In this document: piece after piece, positions 38,548-48,368 of the stretch
How positions within the stretch are numbered: position 1 is the first letter of the stretch
Layout of the letters: every line of letters starts with the position of its first letter
Virus record (IMG/VR): IMGVR_UViG_3300037805_000644
Location: 124,001 to 188,000 of that record
Direction: 5' to 3' (one strand)
Length of the DNA stretch: 64,000 nt
The notes under the pieces: generated by a model
What the model saw: the letters and a program-made list of their open reading frames with translations, nothing else
What the model was told of the DNA's origin: nothing
Databases searched by the model: none
Made by a program: the position numbers and the translations under genes

Positions 38548-39269
38548 CAGTGCTCCTTGCGCACAAGGCCGGTGCAGGAGACCCTTTCGGACTCCGCCCA
38601 CTCACGACAGGTTCGGGTGCGCTGCACATAATGGGGGGATCCCGGTCCAGGAGCGGATAGCTCACTCAGAGCCACACAGGTCAGTGTCAGCTTGTCCTCA
38701 GGGGTAACCTCACTCCGATCATGGAGGAGCCCCACATTGCAGTAATAACCGGGCCGGGAGTCACAGTGCAGAAGGGGCACGAGATCTCCACCGTGGTGGA
38801 TGAACCGGTCCACCGTTTCGCCCCGAAGCAATGCCGCCCTGTTGGGTTCTAGCCACCTTGAGGAGAGGCCCCCCAAGATGTTTTTCAGCTCGGCCTCACA
38901 AACACGGGGGCCTTCAAGGCCCTCAAACAGGGTCCCGCAATCCCCACACACATACCGATCCACTTGTGCCTCCCCCTTGAAGGGGAAGCCCTCAAGGGAG
39001 GGCTGGGTCAGGAGGGCATCGCACTTCTTGTTGATGTGGTCGAAAACCTCGGCGAGATCGATATCGTGAGCACGGAGCATGGAGAGCAGGACGAAGAGAA
39101 CGTCCCCCGCTTCGGATGCGGGGGACTCATCCCCCTTGCCCCGCAAAGCCTCGATGAACTCCGAGACCTCAAGGTGCAGGTAACAGCCGCCATTGTTCCA
39201 GGTCCGCTCCCACTCATGGAGGCGGCAGACCGCAATGGACTTGTCAGCGAGATCGTTGATGTTGGGCAT
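38547..39269 (-). CDS. MazG-like NTP pyrophosphohydrolase domain protein
   Basis: LEVSEFIEALR..SEAGDVLFVLL. Confidence 0.7.
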   Translation of the reverse strand: MPNINDLADKSIAVCRLHEWERTWNNGGCYLHLEVSEFIEALRGKGDESPASEAGDVLFVLLSMLRAHDIDLAEVFDHINKKCDALLTQPSLEGFPFKGEAQVDRYVCGDCGTLFEGLEGPRVCEAELKNILGGLSSRWLEPNRAALLRGETVDRFIHHGGDLVPLLHCDSRPGYYCNVGLLHDRSEVTPEDKLTLTCVALSELSAPGPGSPHYVQRTRTCREWAESERVSCTGLVRKEH

Positions 39270-39319
39270 GAAGCTCCCCCTTTGAGGGGATTACCCGGGC
39301 CGCTGAGACAGCGACCCCC

Positions 39320-39643
39320 TCAAGCCCTAGGGAAGCCCAAGGCTTCCCGCATCGAGATAACCTCCCGACCCACCAGCTCGGACATTGAGAGAACCCGGGT
39401 CGATTTGGAGGCCCCCTTGCTCAGGAGGGCGTGAACTACCCCCGTGTTGATCTCCTCAACCTCGGTTCGGCTCAGGCGAGGGGTCCCGTCGGGGGTGGGC
39501 CAGGGCATCACCTCACGGAGGGTAGCATACAGGTCCCGGGACCGGTGGGCGGCTTCCTGGCGGGAAGCGACTTTGGCCCGGTAGCCTGCAACAGTGCCGA
39601 CCAGGTAACTGTTCACCTGGGGGGTGGGTGTGGAGTTCTGCAT
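39320..39643 (-). CDS. hypothetical protein
   Basis: GAGGAG RBS before ATG 39643; class II motif at 39680-39694. Confidence 0.6.
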   Translation of the reverse strand: MQNSTPTPQVNSYLVGTVAGYRAKVASRQEAAHRSRDLYATLREVMPWPTPDGTPRLSRTEVEEINTGVVHALLSKGASKSTRVLSMSELVGREVISMREALGFPRA

Positions 39644-39722
39644 TGGGGTCTCTCCTCTAGGGTCTACCCGAGGAAAGATATAGGCCGAATACCGGGGGGA
39701 GTTTCGATTGCCACCACCCTCC

Positions 39723-40619
39723 TTACAGGAACCCTCGGGGGGAGAGCACACCCCGGCCTACATGAGGGCCGAAAGCGGATCGAATGCCCATACCAAACTT
39801 AGGCTGCTGGAGACCCCGGATGAACTTGGTGGTCCGCACCTTGGCTTCGGCCGCTTTGTCGAGCTGACCCTCAGCGTTCTGTTTCAGGCTCTCATACTTG
39901 CTCGATTTCTCGATGGAGAGGCTAACCCCTCCGATGGAGTAATCAAATTCGTCAGCCACCCAGTTGGCTGCCACCGCAAACATGGCGTGGACGATGGCCC
40001 CCCACAGAACTGCTGTCCTCCACGAGGGCTTCTGGTTTACCAGGCGATCAATGGAGCAGAGGCTTTCTGTGCTTGGCGGAAGGCTGTTCCAGTAATCCAG
40101 AGCCGTCTCCAGATAGCACAACAACTCTGCATCCTCCCAGATCTGCCCAAACACCCTGTCGTAATTACCCACCCGCCCGGAGTGCTCCGGGGGTCGGAAA
40201 TGGTAAAACTTGTCGGGGTTCTGATCTCGGAGGAGCACCCGCAACTTGCTGATCATCGCCCGTTCCGCCGAGCTGTACTGGATCTGAGTTGCCTCCTCAT
40301 CCGCAGCCACCGTGAACTCCTGGGTGACCGTCTGCTGAGGGCTGTTGGCATACTGACGGAAAGTCCAACGGATGCGGTAGGTGCCACCTGTTGCCGCCGG
40401 CGGCACCATGAGGGCGGCCCAATACTCACCCATGCTTGGGTTCACCGGCATTCGGTTGGGGTCCCCGATCAGAACCTCCATCTCCGGCGGTCCGGCATCC
40501 ACAAAATAGATGGCGTAAGTGATCTCGTAAGCGTTGACGGGACTCTCATTCGAGTCCACAAGGAACATGTTGAGATCCTTGCGGGCTGTGGTGTACCCGG
40601 GGAAAAACTGGGTGGCCAT
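39723..40619 (-). CDS. putative head-to-tail adaptor/neck protein
   Basis: KLRVLLRD..WEDAELLCYLETAL..YSIGGVSLSI pattern; structural context. Confidence 0.55.
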   Translation of the reverse strand: MATQFFPGYTTARKDLNMFLVDSNESPVNAYEITYAIYFVDAGPPEMEVLIGDPNRMPVNPSMGEYWAALMVPPAATGGTYRIRWTFRQYANSPQQTVTQEFTVAADEEATQIQYSSAERAMISKLRVLLRDQNPDKFYHFRPPEHSGRVGNYDRVFGQIWEDAELLCYLETALDYWNSLPPSTESLCSIDRLVNQKPSWRTAVLWGAIVHAMFAVAANWVADEFDYSIGGVSLSIEKSSKYESLKQNAEGQLDKAAEAKVRTTKFIRGLQQPKFGMGIRSAFGPHVGRGVLSPRGFL

Positions 40620-40622
40620 CGG

Positions 40623-40838
40623 TCAGACTCCTACGGTGGTGCAGCGGTCGATAAGGGAAGGGACAAACCCTCGGGCAACCCGGATACGGGCCTGGACTTG
40701 TGCCTGGGCACCGGCCACCTCCACAAAATCAAGCAAGAAATCTGGGCCGTCAGGGAGCACACGGAAAGCGTTGGCCTCGACTGTCTGAACAGCCACACCC
40801 TCAACCACCTCCACCTCTACATCAACTCGTCCCGGCAT
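40623..40838 (-). CDS. DUF3467-like small protein
   Basis: ANAFRV..FLLDF..ARIRV. Confidence 0.55.
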   Translation of the reverse strand: MPGRVDVEVEVVEGVAVQTVEANAFRVLPDGPDFLLDFVEVAGAQAQVQARIRVARGFVPSLIDRCTTVGV

Positions 40839-40846
40839 AGCCTGCC

Positions 40847-41101
40847 TTACATGTGGGTCATGGCCTTGAGCATCTGGATTTCCTGGGAGTACGCCAGGGG
40901 GGAGATCTTGACCTGCTCCCGACGGAACCAGACGTTTTTCAACTCTTTGACAGTTTCGGTGTACTCAAACAGGAATTCCTTGCGGTGCCTTTCACCCTCT
41001 TTGGGGACGCAATCCACAAAGGGCACATCCGCTACCTTGAGGAAAGCGGCAAAGTACAAGTCCGTTGTTCGGTAGCACTTGCTGTGATCAATCTCAGGCA
41101 T
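40847..41101 (-). CDS. DUF5659-like small protein
   Basis: YRTTDLYFAAFL..FLFE; class II motif at 41154-41168. Confidence 0.65.
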   Translation of the reverse strand: MPEIDHSKCYRTTDLYFAAFLKVADVPFVDCVPKEGERHRKEFLFEYTETVKELKNVWFRREQVKISPLAYSQEIQMLKAMTHM

Positions 41102-41175
41102 TGTTCTCTCCATCTGCTCCAGCCCTTGAGGGCGGTCTACTACAGGCGAGCCTATAGCCAGTCCACCATACCAAC

Positions 41176-41216
41176 GAAAAAGCCCTACCGGCCGAGAGGG
41201 GCTGATAGGGCTTTTC
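41176..41216. terminator. intrinsic terminator after the paralog trio
   Basis: aaaagcccta...tagggctttt stem with T tails. Confidence 0.8.
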
Positions 41217-41236
41217 AGAGGGTTGAGGGCTGGGGG

Positions 41237-42196
41237 TCAGTCGATGCGGATGCCCGCCTGGTCAAAGACCGTGCAGAGGGGGGCGATCCCGTTTGCCGGG
41301 ATGACCACGTTGTCAAACGGGTTCTGAGCAAAGGGCCGGGCGGCGGTCGGCGTCATGCCCACACGAGAGAAGTTCGGGTTGAGCACCGCAACGCCTGTGG
41401 GGGCTGCGAACGCCGCCAGGACGCCTGCCTTGGCAGAGAGCCTAAGCGCCCCATTCGGCACCAGGCCAGGAACGGCACGGAAACCGACCTCAGCGGTGGC
41501 CAGGAAGCCACCCTGAGCATACACAGGGAACGCCAATTGGTTGCCCGTGACTCGGGTGTTGCGGTCCGTCAGACTCAGGAACGCGCCTGCCTGGTCTGCG
41601 ACACAGGTGTTCTCTCGGGTTCGGTAAACCTCACCAGAGAGAATGCGGATGATGTCCTCGACCGAGCCGAACGAGTCGGAGGTCGCCCCCGCACCATCAA
41701 GGTCAGTCCCTGCACCCGCATGGGCAACCAAGAACCCGTTGATGTCGGCGAGGGCAAGGTTGTTGCTGCCGCCGGGGATGAGGTTTTGGGGATCAGCTCG
41801 GGCCGCGATGGAGTTGAACATCAGGTTCAGCTCCGCCTGGTTGAGGGTGTCATCATTGACGCCGGGGTTAACGTGTACCCGCTCTCGCAGGTACGCCTTG
41901 AGCCCGAAATCGGTGGCCTGGGTCAGCAGGGTCTCGTTGCCGCCGGGGGCGATAACGTCCGCCGCTGCGGTTGCAGCGATGGTGATCCTGTTGGGTGAGC
42001 CGCTGACCAGACCCTCAGCAGCATTCACCACCTGGTCATCGGCCTGAGCATTGAACGAGTGGTGGAGGTAATGGGACTGACCCACACCGTCCAGGACACT
42101 GCTCTTCTGCGACCCGTTGGGCTTGAGGTCATAGACGTACAAGCCCATCCCCGCCAAGTCGTCACGCAGAGGAACCATGTAAGCTCGATTGGCCAT
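41237..42196 (-). CDS. virion protein, paralog 3 of tandem trio
   Basis: Shares N-terminal R.DL..L...DL.PN.SQ..S....GQ.HY and C-terminal TV(F/Y)...G motif with neighbours. Confidence 0.7.
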   Translation of the reverse strand: MANRAYMVPLRDDLAGMGLYVYDLKPNGSQKSSVLDGVGQSHYLHHSFNAQADDQVVNAAEGLVSGSPNRITIAATAAADVIAPGGNETLLTQATDFGLKAYLRERVHVNPGVNDDTLNQAELNLMFNSIAARADPQNLIPGGSNNLALADINGFLVAHAGAGTDLDGAGATSDSFGSVEDIIRILSGEVYRTRENTCVADQAGAFLSLTDRNTRVTGNQLAFPVYAQGGFLATAEVGFRAVPGLVPNGALRLSAKAGVLAAFAAPTGVAVLNPNFSRVGMTPTAARPFAQNPFDNVVIPANGIAPLCTVFDQAGIRID

Positions 42197-42208
42197 TGAC
42201 CTCTCCTA

Positions 42209-43108
42209 TCAGGCGATGACGGTGCCGTCGGCGGCGTAAACCGTCACGGCTCGATGAGCACCCGTTGCCGGGATGGCCACGCCGTCCAGGTCCGTCGCGG
42301 TACCGCCCGCACCATAGGTGAAGGCGGGGTTGAGGAACGTGAACGCGGGGGCGACCAGCTCGGACAGAACCCCGCTCAGGGCACTGAGCTGGAGGGCTCC
42401 CGTGTTCACGATGGGCAGCACCTGGTTGTGGTTGCCGTCCTGCGTTCCGGTGTTGACCACCGCAGTGGTGGGGACAACCCGGCCCGAGAAGGGGTTACGG
42501 CCACGGATGCCTGCGCCGTTGAGGGCACGAACCGATTCGGGCTGCTCGATGTTGGCGGCAGTGGTGAAGAAACCACGGACGGCGGCATCGAAAGTGCCAC
42601 CGACAACCTGCACCTGGGAGTTGTCCGGGAGCTTCCAACGCTCGCCTGCGAGGATGCGGAGGACTTCCTCCACACTCCCGGTCGAGGCGCCGAGGATGCC
42701 ATCGAGGTCCGAACCACCTACACCAGCGGGGGTGTTGATGTGGATGTTGATGGCCGCCAAGGTGAGGGCGACACCATTCGAGGCATCCTGCTCAATGAGA
42801 GCCGAAATCTGACCAGCTTCCACAGCCGTCAACGCCTGTGTGCCCAGGGTGTCCTCAACATTGTCGATGAGGTAAGCGGACAGCCCGTAGGTGTCGCCGT
42901 CCGAATCGAGAGAGGCACCGCCAGCCAGGCCCGCCTGCGTCGCGACGGCGGCATTCACCGCGTCGAGCAAGAAATGGGTCTGGTAGTGGGTCTGGCCAGC
43001 GCCGGCATAGACCGAGTTGCGCTGGGACTTGTTGGGGCTGAGATCGAGGACCTGGAGGAGGTTGTCGTCCAGGTCGTTGCGAGCCAGCACGATGTATGCA
43101 CGAGCCAT
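42209..43108 (-). CDS. virion protein, paralog 2 of tandem trio
   Basis: Same shared motifs; Ala/Gly-rich. Confidence 0.7.
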   Translation of the reverse strand: MARAYIVLARNDLDDNLLQVLDLSPNKSQRNSVYAGAGQTHYQTHFLLDAVNAAVATQAGLAGGASLDSDGDTYGLSAYLIDNVEDTLGTQALTAVEAGQISALIEQDASNGVALTLAAINIHINTPAGVGGSDLDGILGASTGSVEEVLRILAGERWKLPDNSQVQVVGGTFDAAVRGFFTTAANIEQPESVRALNGAGIRGRNPFSGRVVPTTAVVNTGTQDGNHNQVLPIVNTGALQLSALSGVLSELVAPAFTFLNPAFTYGAGGTATDLDGVAIPATGAHRAVTVYAADGTVIA

Positions 43109-43120
43109 GATGATTCTCCT

Positions 43121-44395
43121 TTAAGCCAGCGTGCCGTCGTCGTTGTAGACGGTCACGATCCGAGCCGGGGTAACGGCGGCGTTGTTGGGGCCGGGCTGGT
43201 AGTGGGTTGCCTGGAAGGGCACCAGGTCACTGTCTGGGAAAAGGGTGACGGAACCGTCCTGCATCTTGCTCAGGTAGCCGCCCAGGAGAGATTGCTGGAA
43301 GCTGCCGTCATCGACGGTGTCCCGAATCCCCTTGTGCTCAGTCTGCTCGATGTCGCCACCGTTCGTGACGGCGAGACCCTTGTGGCGGATCCAGGGGTTC
43401 ACGGGACCGATCACACCGCCGACCATCTGGGTGTCAAACACCGTGTTGGCCCGGGTGAAAGAACCGAGCTGGGTCGAGTCCCAGACGGTGAGCGGGAGGG
43501 CCGCAGCCACCAGCTTCACGCTCCCGGAGGGAAGCTGGTAACCTCGACCGGCCATCAGCTCCAGGATGTCCAGGGCTACCCCAGTGGAGGCTGATCCACC
43601 AGCGGAGGTCAGCTCGGTCCCCGCAGCGGCTGCTGCAAGCACCGTGTTGATGTTGCCGAGGGCGAGCACCTGTCCCGCATCCACCCGAGCAAGCAAGGCT
43701 GCTGCTGCCGCTGCCACGGTGGCTGCCGTCCAGCTCTGCACTGCCCGAGTCATCGTGGCGCCGCCAAGGGTGATTTCAACTGCACCCGAGTCCTCAGCCA
43801 CAGTCGTCTGGAGGTAGTTGGTACCCGGACGCACATCGGCGACGATGGTCACCGTGTCCACGGTGCCGGCGGTGTTGTCTGCGGAGATGGTCTCCCCAGA
43901 GGCCACCCCTCCGATGCTCGTTTCCAAGAGAGCCTGAGAGGCCGCATCATTGATGGCGCCCACCAGGCTGGTGGCCGTGTTGATGGCCGAGCCCGAGTTG
44001 GCTACGTCGTTGAACTCTTGGTTCGCTGCGACGGCACCACCGGCTACTGCCGTGAAATCCACCTGGATGCCGGAGGGGCCATCGATGGTGATGATGGTCC
44101 CTGCGGCGAGGCCGGCGAGAATCTGGATGGTCTGTGACTCCGCAGTCAGCCCACCTGCCTCAACTCGGTCCGCCAGGTAGGCAGCCAGCCCCCGAGCGGC
44201 GCTTGCGGGCTCATCGGTGCGAGTCACCTGACCCGTGGCCGCATCGAACGACAGGGCGTCGATCTGGGCACGGTTGAGGTAACGGGTTTGGCCTGGCGGG
44301 TCCAGATCGCTCCGAAGACTCGTGTTGGGCACGAGGTCGAGAACCTGGAGCACGCCGTCGGGAATGTCGGTCCGTGCAAGGCAGATGTACGGCAT
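43121..44395 (-). CDS. virion protein, paralog 1 of tandem trio, with central insertion
   Basis: Same shared motifs; class II motif at 44449-44463. Confidence 0.7.
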   Translation of the reverse strand: MPYICLARTDIPDGVLQVLDLVPNTSLRSDLDPPGQTRYLNRAQIDALSFDAATGQVTRTDEPASAARGLAAYLADRVEAGGLTAESQTIQILAGLAAGTIITIDGPSGIQVDFTAVAGGAVAANQEFNDVANSGSAINTATSLVGAINDAASQALLETSIGGVASGETISADNTAGTVDTVTIVADVRPGTNYLQTTVAEDSGAVEITLGGATMTRAVQSWTAATVAAAAAALLARVDAGQVLALGNINTVLAAAAAGTELTSAGGSASTGVALDILELMAGRGYQLPSGSVKLVAAALPLTVWDSTQLGSFTRANTVFDTQMVGGVIGPVNPWIRHKGLAVTNGGDIEQTEHKGIRDTVDDGSFQQSLLGGYLSKMQDGSVTLFPDSDLVPFQATHYQPGPNNAAVTPARIVTVYNDDGTLA

Positions 44396-44460
44396 GTCTT
44401 CGGTCTCCTATCTTCGGCAAGTCTGTACTCGCCTATCTGGGCCAGGCTATAGGCTCTCTA

Positions 44461-45300
44461 TCAGACCCCGCCTGAGGCACCCTGGTCCAAGTTGGCGATG
44501 ATAACGAACGTGGGGTTGCTCCCCGGGGTTACACTGGACAGGTAAATCTCTTTCACGGACCCGAAAGTCGTGATCTCAAAGTCACCACCACCGAGGGCCC
44601 CCAGGGCCAGGTAAGGCTGGTTCCAGCCGAAACTCACGGCGAGGCCGTTGGCGGCGTCCTTGTTACGCACCGTCACCGAGGTGGTTGGCCAGGGGAGGAC
44701 AACACCTGTGGGAGGACCGTTACCGGCGCCCCCGTTGTCAAGAGTCTGATCGAAACCCGAGGGGGCGTCCCCTTCGGAGACGCCGAGATCGGTGACTCCC
44801 CCGGTGATGACCACGGTGCCTTCACGGAGGCTCAATACCTCCGGGGGCGGGAGGGCCAGGATCGGACCGGTGATGTCAAACCCTGCGTTTGCCCCTGCAA
44901 GGGCCTGGGCGGGGCCCGCAGCGCGGATCTGCTGAACAGCCAAGTACACCTGGGCGTTGTTCGACAGATTCAGGGCAGGGAAATCCTGCAAGGTGAAGAT
45001 GGCCCTGGTGGCCTTGCCCAGCTTTTCATCACAGGCACCCCACCCGTTGCGGCGGATGGTCGGGCTGCGGAACATGCGACCCGCCAGTACGGTGAACAGG
45101 TTCTGCCGCACGGCGGGGGCTACAACCCCCGACCCGATGGGAGCACCATACAGGCTATCCACGCTGGACGACGCCCACACCCGGTACCCGGAGGCGTCCG
45201 GGGAGTGTGGGATCTGGATGGAGATGCGGTCAGATGTCCGCAAGACGATGCCCGGGAACTGACCCCAAGGGCCCATATCAAAGTTGTGTGGCACGCTCAT
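44461..45300 (-). CDS. putative virion protein
   Basis: Beta-rich, Gly/Ala-rich; structural context. Confidence 0.55.
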   Translation of the reverse strand: MSVPHNFDMGPWGQFPGIVLRTSDRISIQIPHSPDASGYRVWASSSVDSLYGAPIGSGVVAPAVRQNLFTVLAGRMFRSPTIRRNGWGACDEKLGKATRAIFTLQDFPALNLSNNAQVYLAVQQIRAAGPAQALAGANAGFDITGPILALPPPEVLSLREGTVVITGGVTDLGVSEGDAPSGFDQTLDNGGAGNGPPTGVVLPWPTTSVTVRNKDAANGLAVSFGWNQPYLALGALGGGDFEITTFGSVKEIYLSSVTPGSNPTFVIIANLDQGASGGV

Positions 45301-45671
45301 GCGTTCTTCTCCTCGCGGATCTTCGCATCATAGGCGGCGGTGTCTCGACCCTTTGAGGTCGCCAACTTCTTGGCGTCTGACCAAGAGTCCACACGTTCCC
45401 CGCCTACATTGGGGGCCAGGGTCAAAGCAGGAGCATCTTTCAACTTCACCTTGCCCTTGGCGGTCAGCCGGCGGTTCTTTTCCCGCATCTGCTGCTTGAT
45501 CTTCATGTTCTTACCAACCCAGTCGTCTCCTCGTTGGAGGAACGACACTTGTCCGACCACCCGCTTAGCAGGCTCGCCGCAGTCGCAGGGTTGGGGCTGG
45601 GTGCATTCGGACCGATCAACGCTCTTCTCGAACGTCTCGCCGCAAGGACACTTATAGCTGTAGAGGGGCAT
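45297..45671 (-). CDS. FmdB-family Zn-ribbon protein
   Basis: MPLYSYKCPCG..CDCG. Confidence 0.8.
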   Translation of the reverse strand: MPLYSYKCPCGETFEKSVDRSECTQPQPCDCGEPAKRVVGQVSFLQRGDDWVGKNMKIKQQMREKNRRLTAKGKVKLKDAPALTLAPNVGGERVDSWSDAKKLATSKGRDTAAYDAKIREEKNA

Positions 45672-47352
45672 GGGTACTCCTTCCTTTCAGCTCAAGATAC
45701 CGAGCTGCGAGGGTCCGAATCTCGACAGACGGGATGGTGTGTACAGTCCACACCTCACCGTTGATGAGCATATCGGAGAGATACCGAGGGTCAGGCGCCT
45801 CAGACCCACGCTTGTGGCGGGGTCGGGGGATGTCCCAATCCAGGCCGAGAGCATGATCGAGCACTGCAAGGACATGCTTGCAAACCCCATGCTCATGCAC
45901 AGGATCCTTGATCACGGGGAAGCTGGCCGTGCCCCGAGGCTTCCCATACAGGTAGCCGTTCTGCTTGGCCCAGTGCTCGGGCCCCTGCCAACGCCAGTAA
46001 GGGCAGTCGCAGGAAAGAAACACGTCAGCCTTGGACAGCCGTCGGGCATTGCCCTTGGTCTTGCCCTGAACCCGGACCCTGTAAGTACCGGAATTGCCGT
46101 TCACGTCGAAAAGCCACATCCCGTTGCGCTGGTCTACCTTCTTGAGCTTCCAGGTCAGGCCGGTCACCTTCTCCCGGATGCTGTCGTCCACACCCGACAT
46201 GATGTCGGAGATGCGGAAAGCGAACCTCCGACCCTCTTTATTTTGGAAATCGTGCCCCTCGGGGATGACCTTAGCGGACCCGGGGTTGTTCGTAACCTCA
46301 CCGAAATCGTTGAAGGTTTTCATCCCGGGGTTCCGCTTCTTTTTGCGCACCCGCTCTTTGCGGTCCGTGGCCCGGTCGTATGCCTGCCCTGGGGGGTCTT
46401 TGCGGTCCACCCGCTCATACAGCATCTCTGCGGTGTGCATCGCCTCTTGGTACCCTAGGGCCTTGTCCAGGTACCCGAAAAAGTAATCATCATCGATGAC
46501 GGCCTCGTCGAAAAACTCCACCAAAGGCCGGCTCTGGTACATGCCCCCCACCTGGAAAGTCACCCACCCTGTGAGCTGGGAGACGCCCATCACCACACCC
46601 CAAGCCTGAGTGGGGAGATGGTAAAACCCAACGGGGCGGAACAGCGCCTCAGCCTTCTTCTCGCCGGGCTTGTCTTTCCGGTTCTTCAACTTCTCGCGGT
46701 ACTCGGTCCCCCGCTGCTTGAGAGTGCTGGCCCCCCCAGGCTTGCGCTCGAACCTCTCAGGCTTCTCCTTTCGCCTCTCCTGGTCCCGCTGGTAGGTCCC
46801 CTTGTTCTTGGCCCGGGCATACCACCGCTCCATGCGGCTGCGTACCTTGCCCCGGTTTTTCTGGTACCACTTCTGGAAGTACCGCTTGGCCTGGCCACGC
46901 TGTTCTTTCTGTCGGTCGGACCCTGGGTAAGGCTTGCCCTGGGCCGCGCCCATGCGTTGAAGTACCGACAGGATCTCCTCCTGGGTGGGCATGATGGGAT
47001 CATAAAGCTGGGACTCCTCCTCGCTCTCCCCATACACGCCAGGTCGACGGGTGTTCATCCCTGGACCCGACTGGGCTGGAGAGCCCTTAGAGCCAGGGTG
47101 TTCACCCCCGGGCTCGCTTTGGGTGCGAGCCTTGTCCTTGTGGATGGACTTGTTGCCCTCACCTGTGCCGCTCGGGCCCGGGGTGTTGAAGTTGTGGGGG
47201 CCGCTCTTGGTCGTGTTGGTCCACTGAGGGCTAGGGAGCGCAGAAGGCTTCCTCTCATCCCTCCCCGGCACCGTGGGCTTGGTTCCCGGTGACGGATTCT
47301 TGACGACGGTACGGACCCCACTCAGGTCCTGGGAGCGGCTTGATGTCTTCAT
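45652..47352 (-). CDS. SWIM Zn-finger domain protein with disordered basic N-terminus
   Basis: SCDCPYW..CKHVLAV. Confidence 0.75.
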   Translation of the reverse strand: MKTSSRSQDLSGVRTVVKNPSPGTKPTVPGRDERKPSALPSPQWTNTTKSGPHNFNTPGPSGTGEGNKSIHKDKARTQSEPGGEHPGSKGSPAQSGPGMNTRRPGVYGESEEESQLYDPIMPTQEEILSVLQRMGAAQGKPYPGSDRQKEQRGQAKRYFQKWYQKNRGKVRSRMERWYARAKNKGTYQRDQERRKEKPERFERKPGGASTLKQRGTEYREKLKNRKDKPGEKKAEALFRPVGFYHLPTQAWGVVMGVSQLTGWVTFQVGGMYQSRPLVEFFDEAVIDDDYFFGYLDKALGYQEAMHTAEMLYERVDRKDPPGQAYDRATDRKERVRKKKRNPGMKTFNDFGEVTNNPGSAKVIPEGHDFQNKEGRRFAFRISDIMSGVDDSIREKVTGLTWKLKKVDQRNGMWLFDVNGNSGTYRVRVQGKTKGNARRLSKADVFLSCDCPYWRWQGPEHWAKQNGYLYGKPRGTASFPVIKDPVHEHGVCKHVLAVLDHALGLDWDIPRPRHKRGSEAPDPRYLSDMLINGEVWTVHTIPSVEIRTLAARYLELKGRSTHAPLQL

Positions 47353-47355
47353 CCG

Positions 47356-48306
47356 TTACTTTCCCAGGTGTTTCTTCACGATATTCTGGATGCCGTGATT
47401 GTGGCTGTGAGGCAACACGCAGATGCCAGGGGCCTTCGGGTCAGGCATCCCTTTCCAGTACACGGTGATGATCCGGGCCGTCCTCTTGGACGGGACAGCG
47501 AACACCAGGAAGAGGTTCCATTTCTTGAAAAGGAACTCAATGGGCTCTCCCCGGCGGATGGTCATCATGGCGTGTTCGTACTCGTAACTCTTCTGACTTT
47601 TCCAGTCATTGAGGCTCTGGCCGAACTGTTTGAGGCCGACGCGGATATCCGGGATGCTGATCCCCCGCAGGTCCATGCGGTACTGGGCGTGGCTTGTCAG
47701 CTCGATCTGCTTGAACAACCCAGCACCTTGCTCCTTGAGCGGCTTGTAAACCACTCGGGCCTCCGGGTTGCTCAGGGACTTGCCTTCCTCTACCTTCTCT
47801 TGGAGGACATCACGCACCCGGGGTGAGCGAACCTTATCCTCGATACGGTTGACGACATAGCAGGGACCCGCCTCGGTGGGCAGACCCAAGGCGGGCATGA
47901 GGTCCGCCTGCTTGCCCACCCAAGCCGAGGATACCCTCTGAGAGGCGCTTTCCGACTCGGAGTTCCGATCCATCCCCCCGCCGAAAGCGGGGGATAGGGT
48001 CTCCTCGACGAGCTGCTTTTCGGAGAGAGGGAGACGGGCCCCCAGATAGCTCTCACCCATCTTGACGAGAGCCAGGGCAGTGCGATCCAACACCTGCTCC
48101 AGGGCATCCATGCGCTCAGGGGCGGCGATGATAATGTCGCCAGCCACCTCGAACAGGTGCTCTTTCTGATCCGAAGAGGAGATTAGCTTGCCTGCCCTGT
48201 TTACCAGGTGGCGGAGTCGGTGGGTGTCCAAACGAGCCTGGGTCACACCCTCAGTGATGAGGGCCCAGGCTGCTTGGGAACTGGCGGTTTTGTCGGTCTT
48301 GCTCAC
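47356..48306 (-). CDS. protein with C-terminal DUF4258 (RelE-like RNase fold) domain
   Basis: LTSHAQYRMDLRGISIPDI..IITVY; GTG start at 48306 with GGAG RBS; class II motif at 48352-48366. Confidence 0.65.
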   Translation of the reverse strand: MSKTDKTASSQAAWALITEGVTQARLDTHRLRHLVNRAGKLISSSDQKEHLFEVAGDIIIAAPERMDALEQVLDRTALALVKMGESYLGARLPLSEKQLVEETLSPAFGGGMDRNSESESASQRVSSAWVGKQADLMPALGLPTEAGPCYVVNRIEDKVRSPRVRDVLQEKVEEGKSLSNPEARVVYKPLKEQGAGLFKQIELTSHAQYRMDLRGISIPDIRVGLKQFGQSLNDWKSQKSYEYEHAMMTIRRGEPIEFLFKKWNLFLVFAVPSKRTARIITVYWKGMPDPKAPGICVLPHSHNHGIQNIVKKHLGK

Positions 48307-48368
48307 AACGGTCTCCGATGCAGACACAGAAGTCCTCACCCAGAGTCGCTGATAGGCGGGCAACCGAA

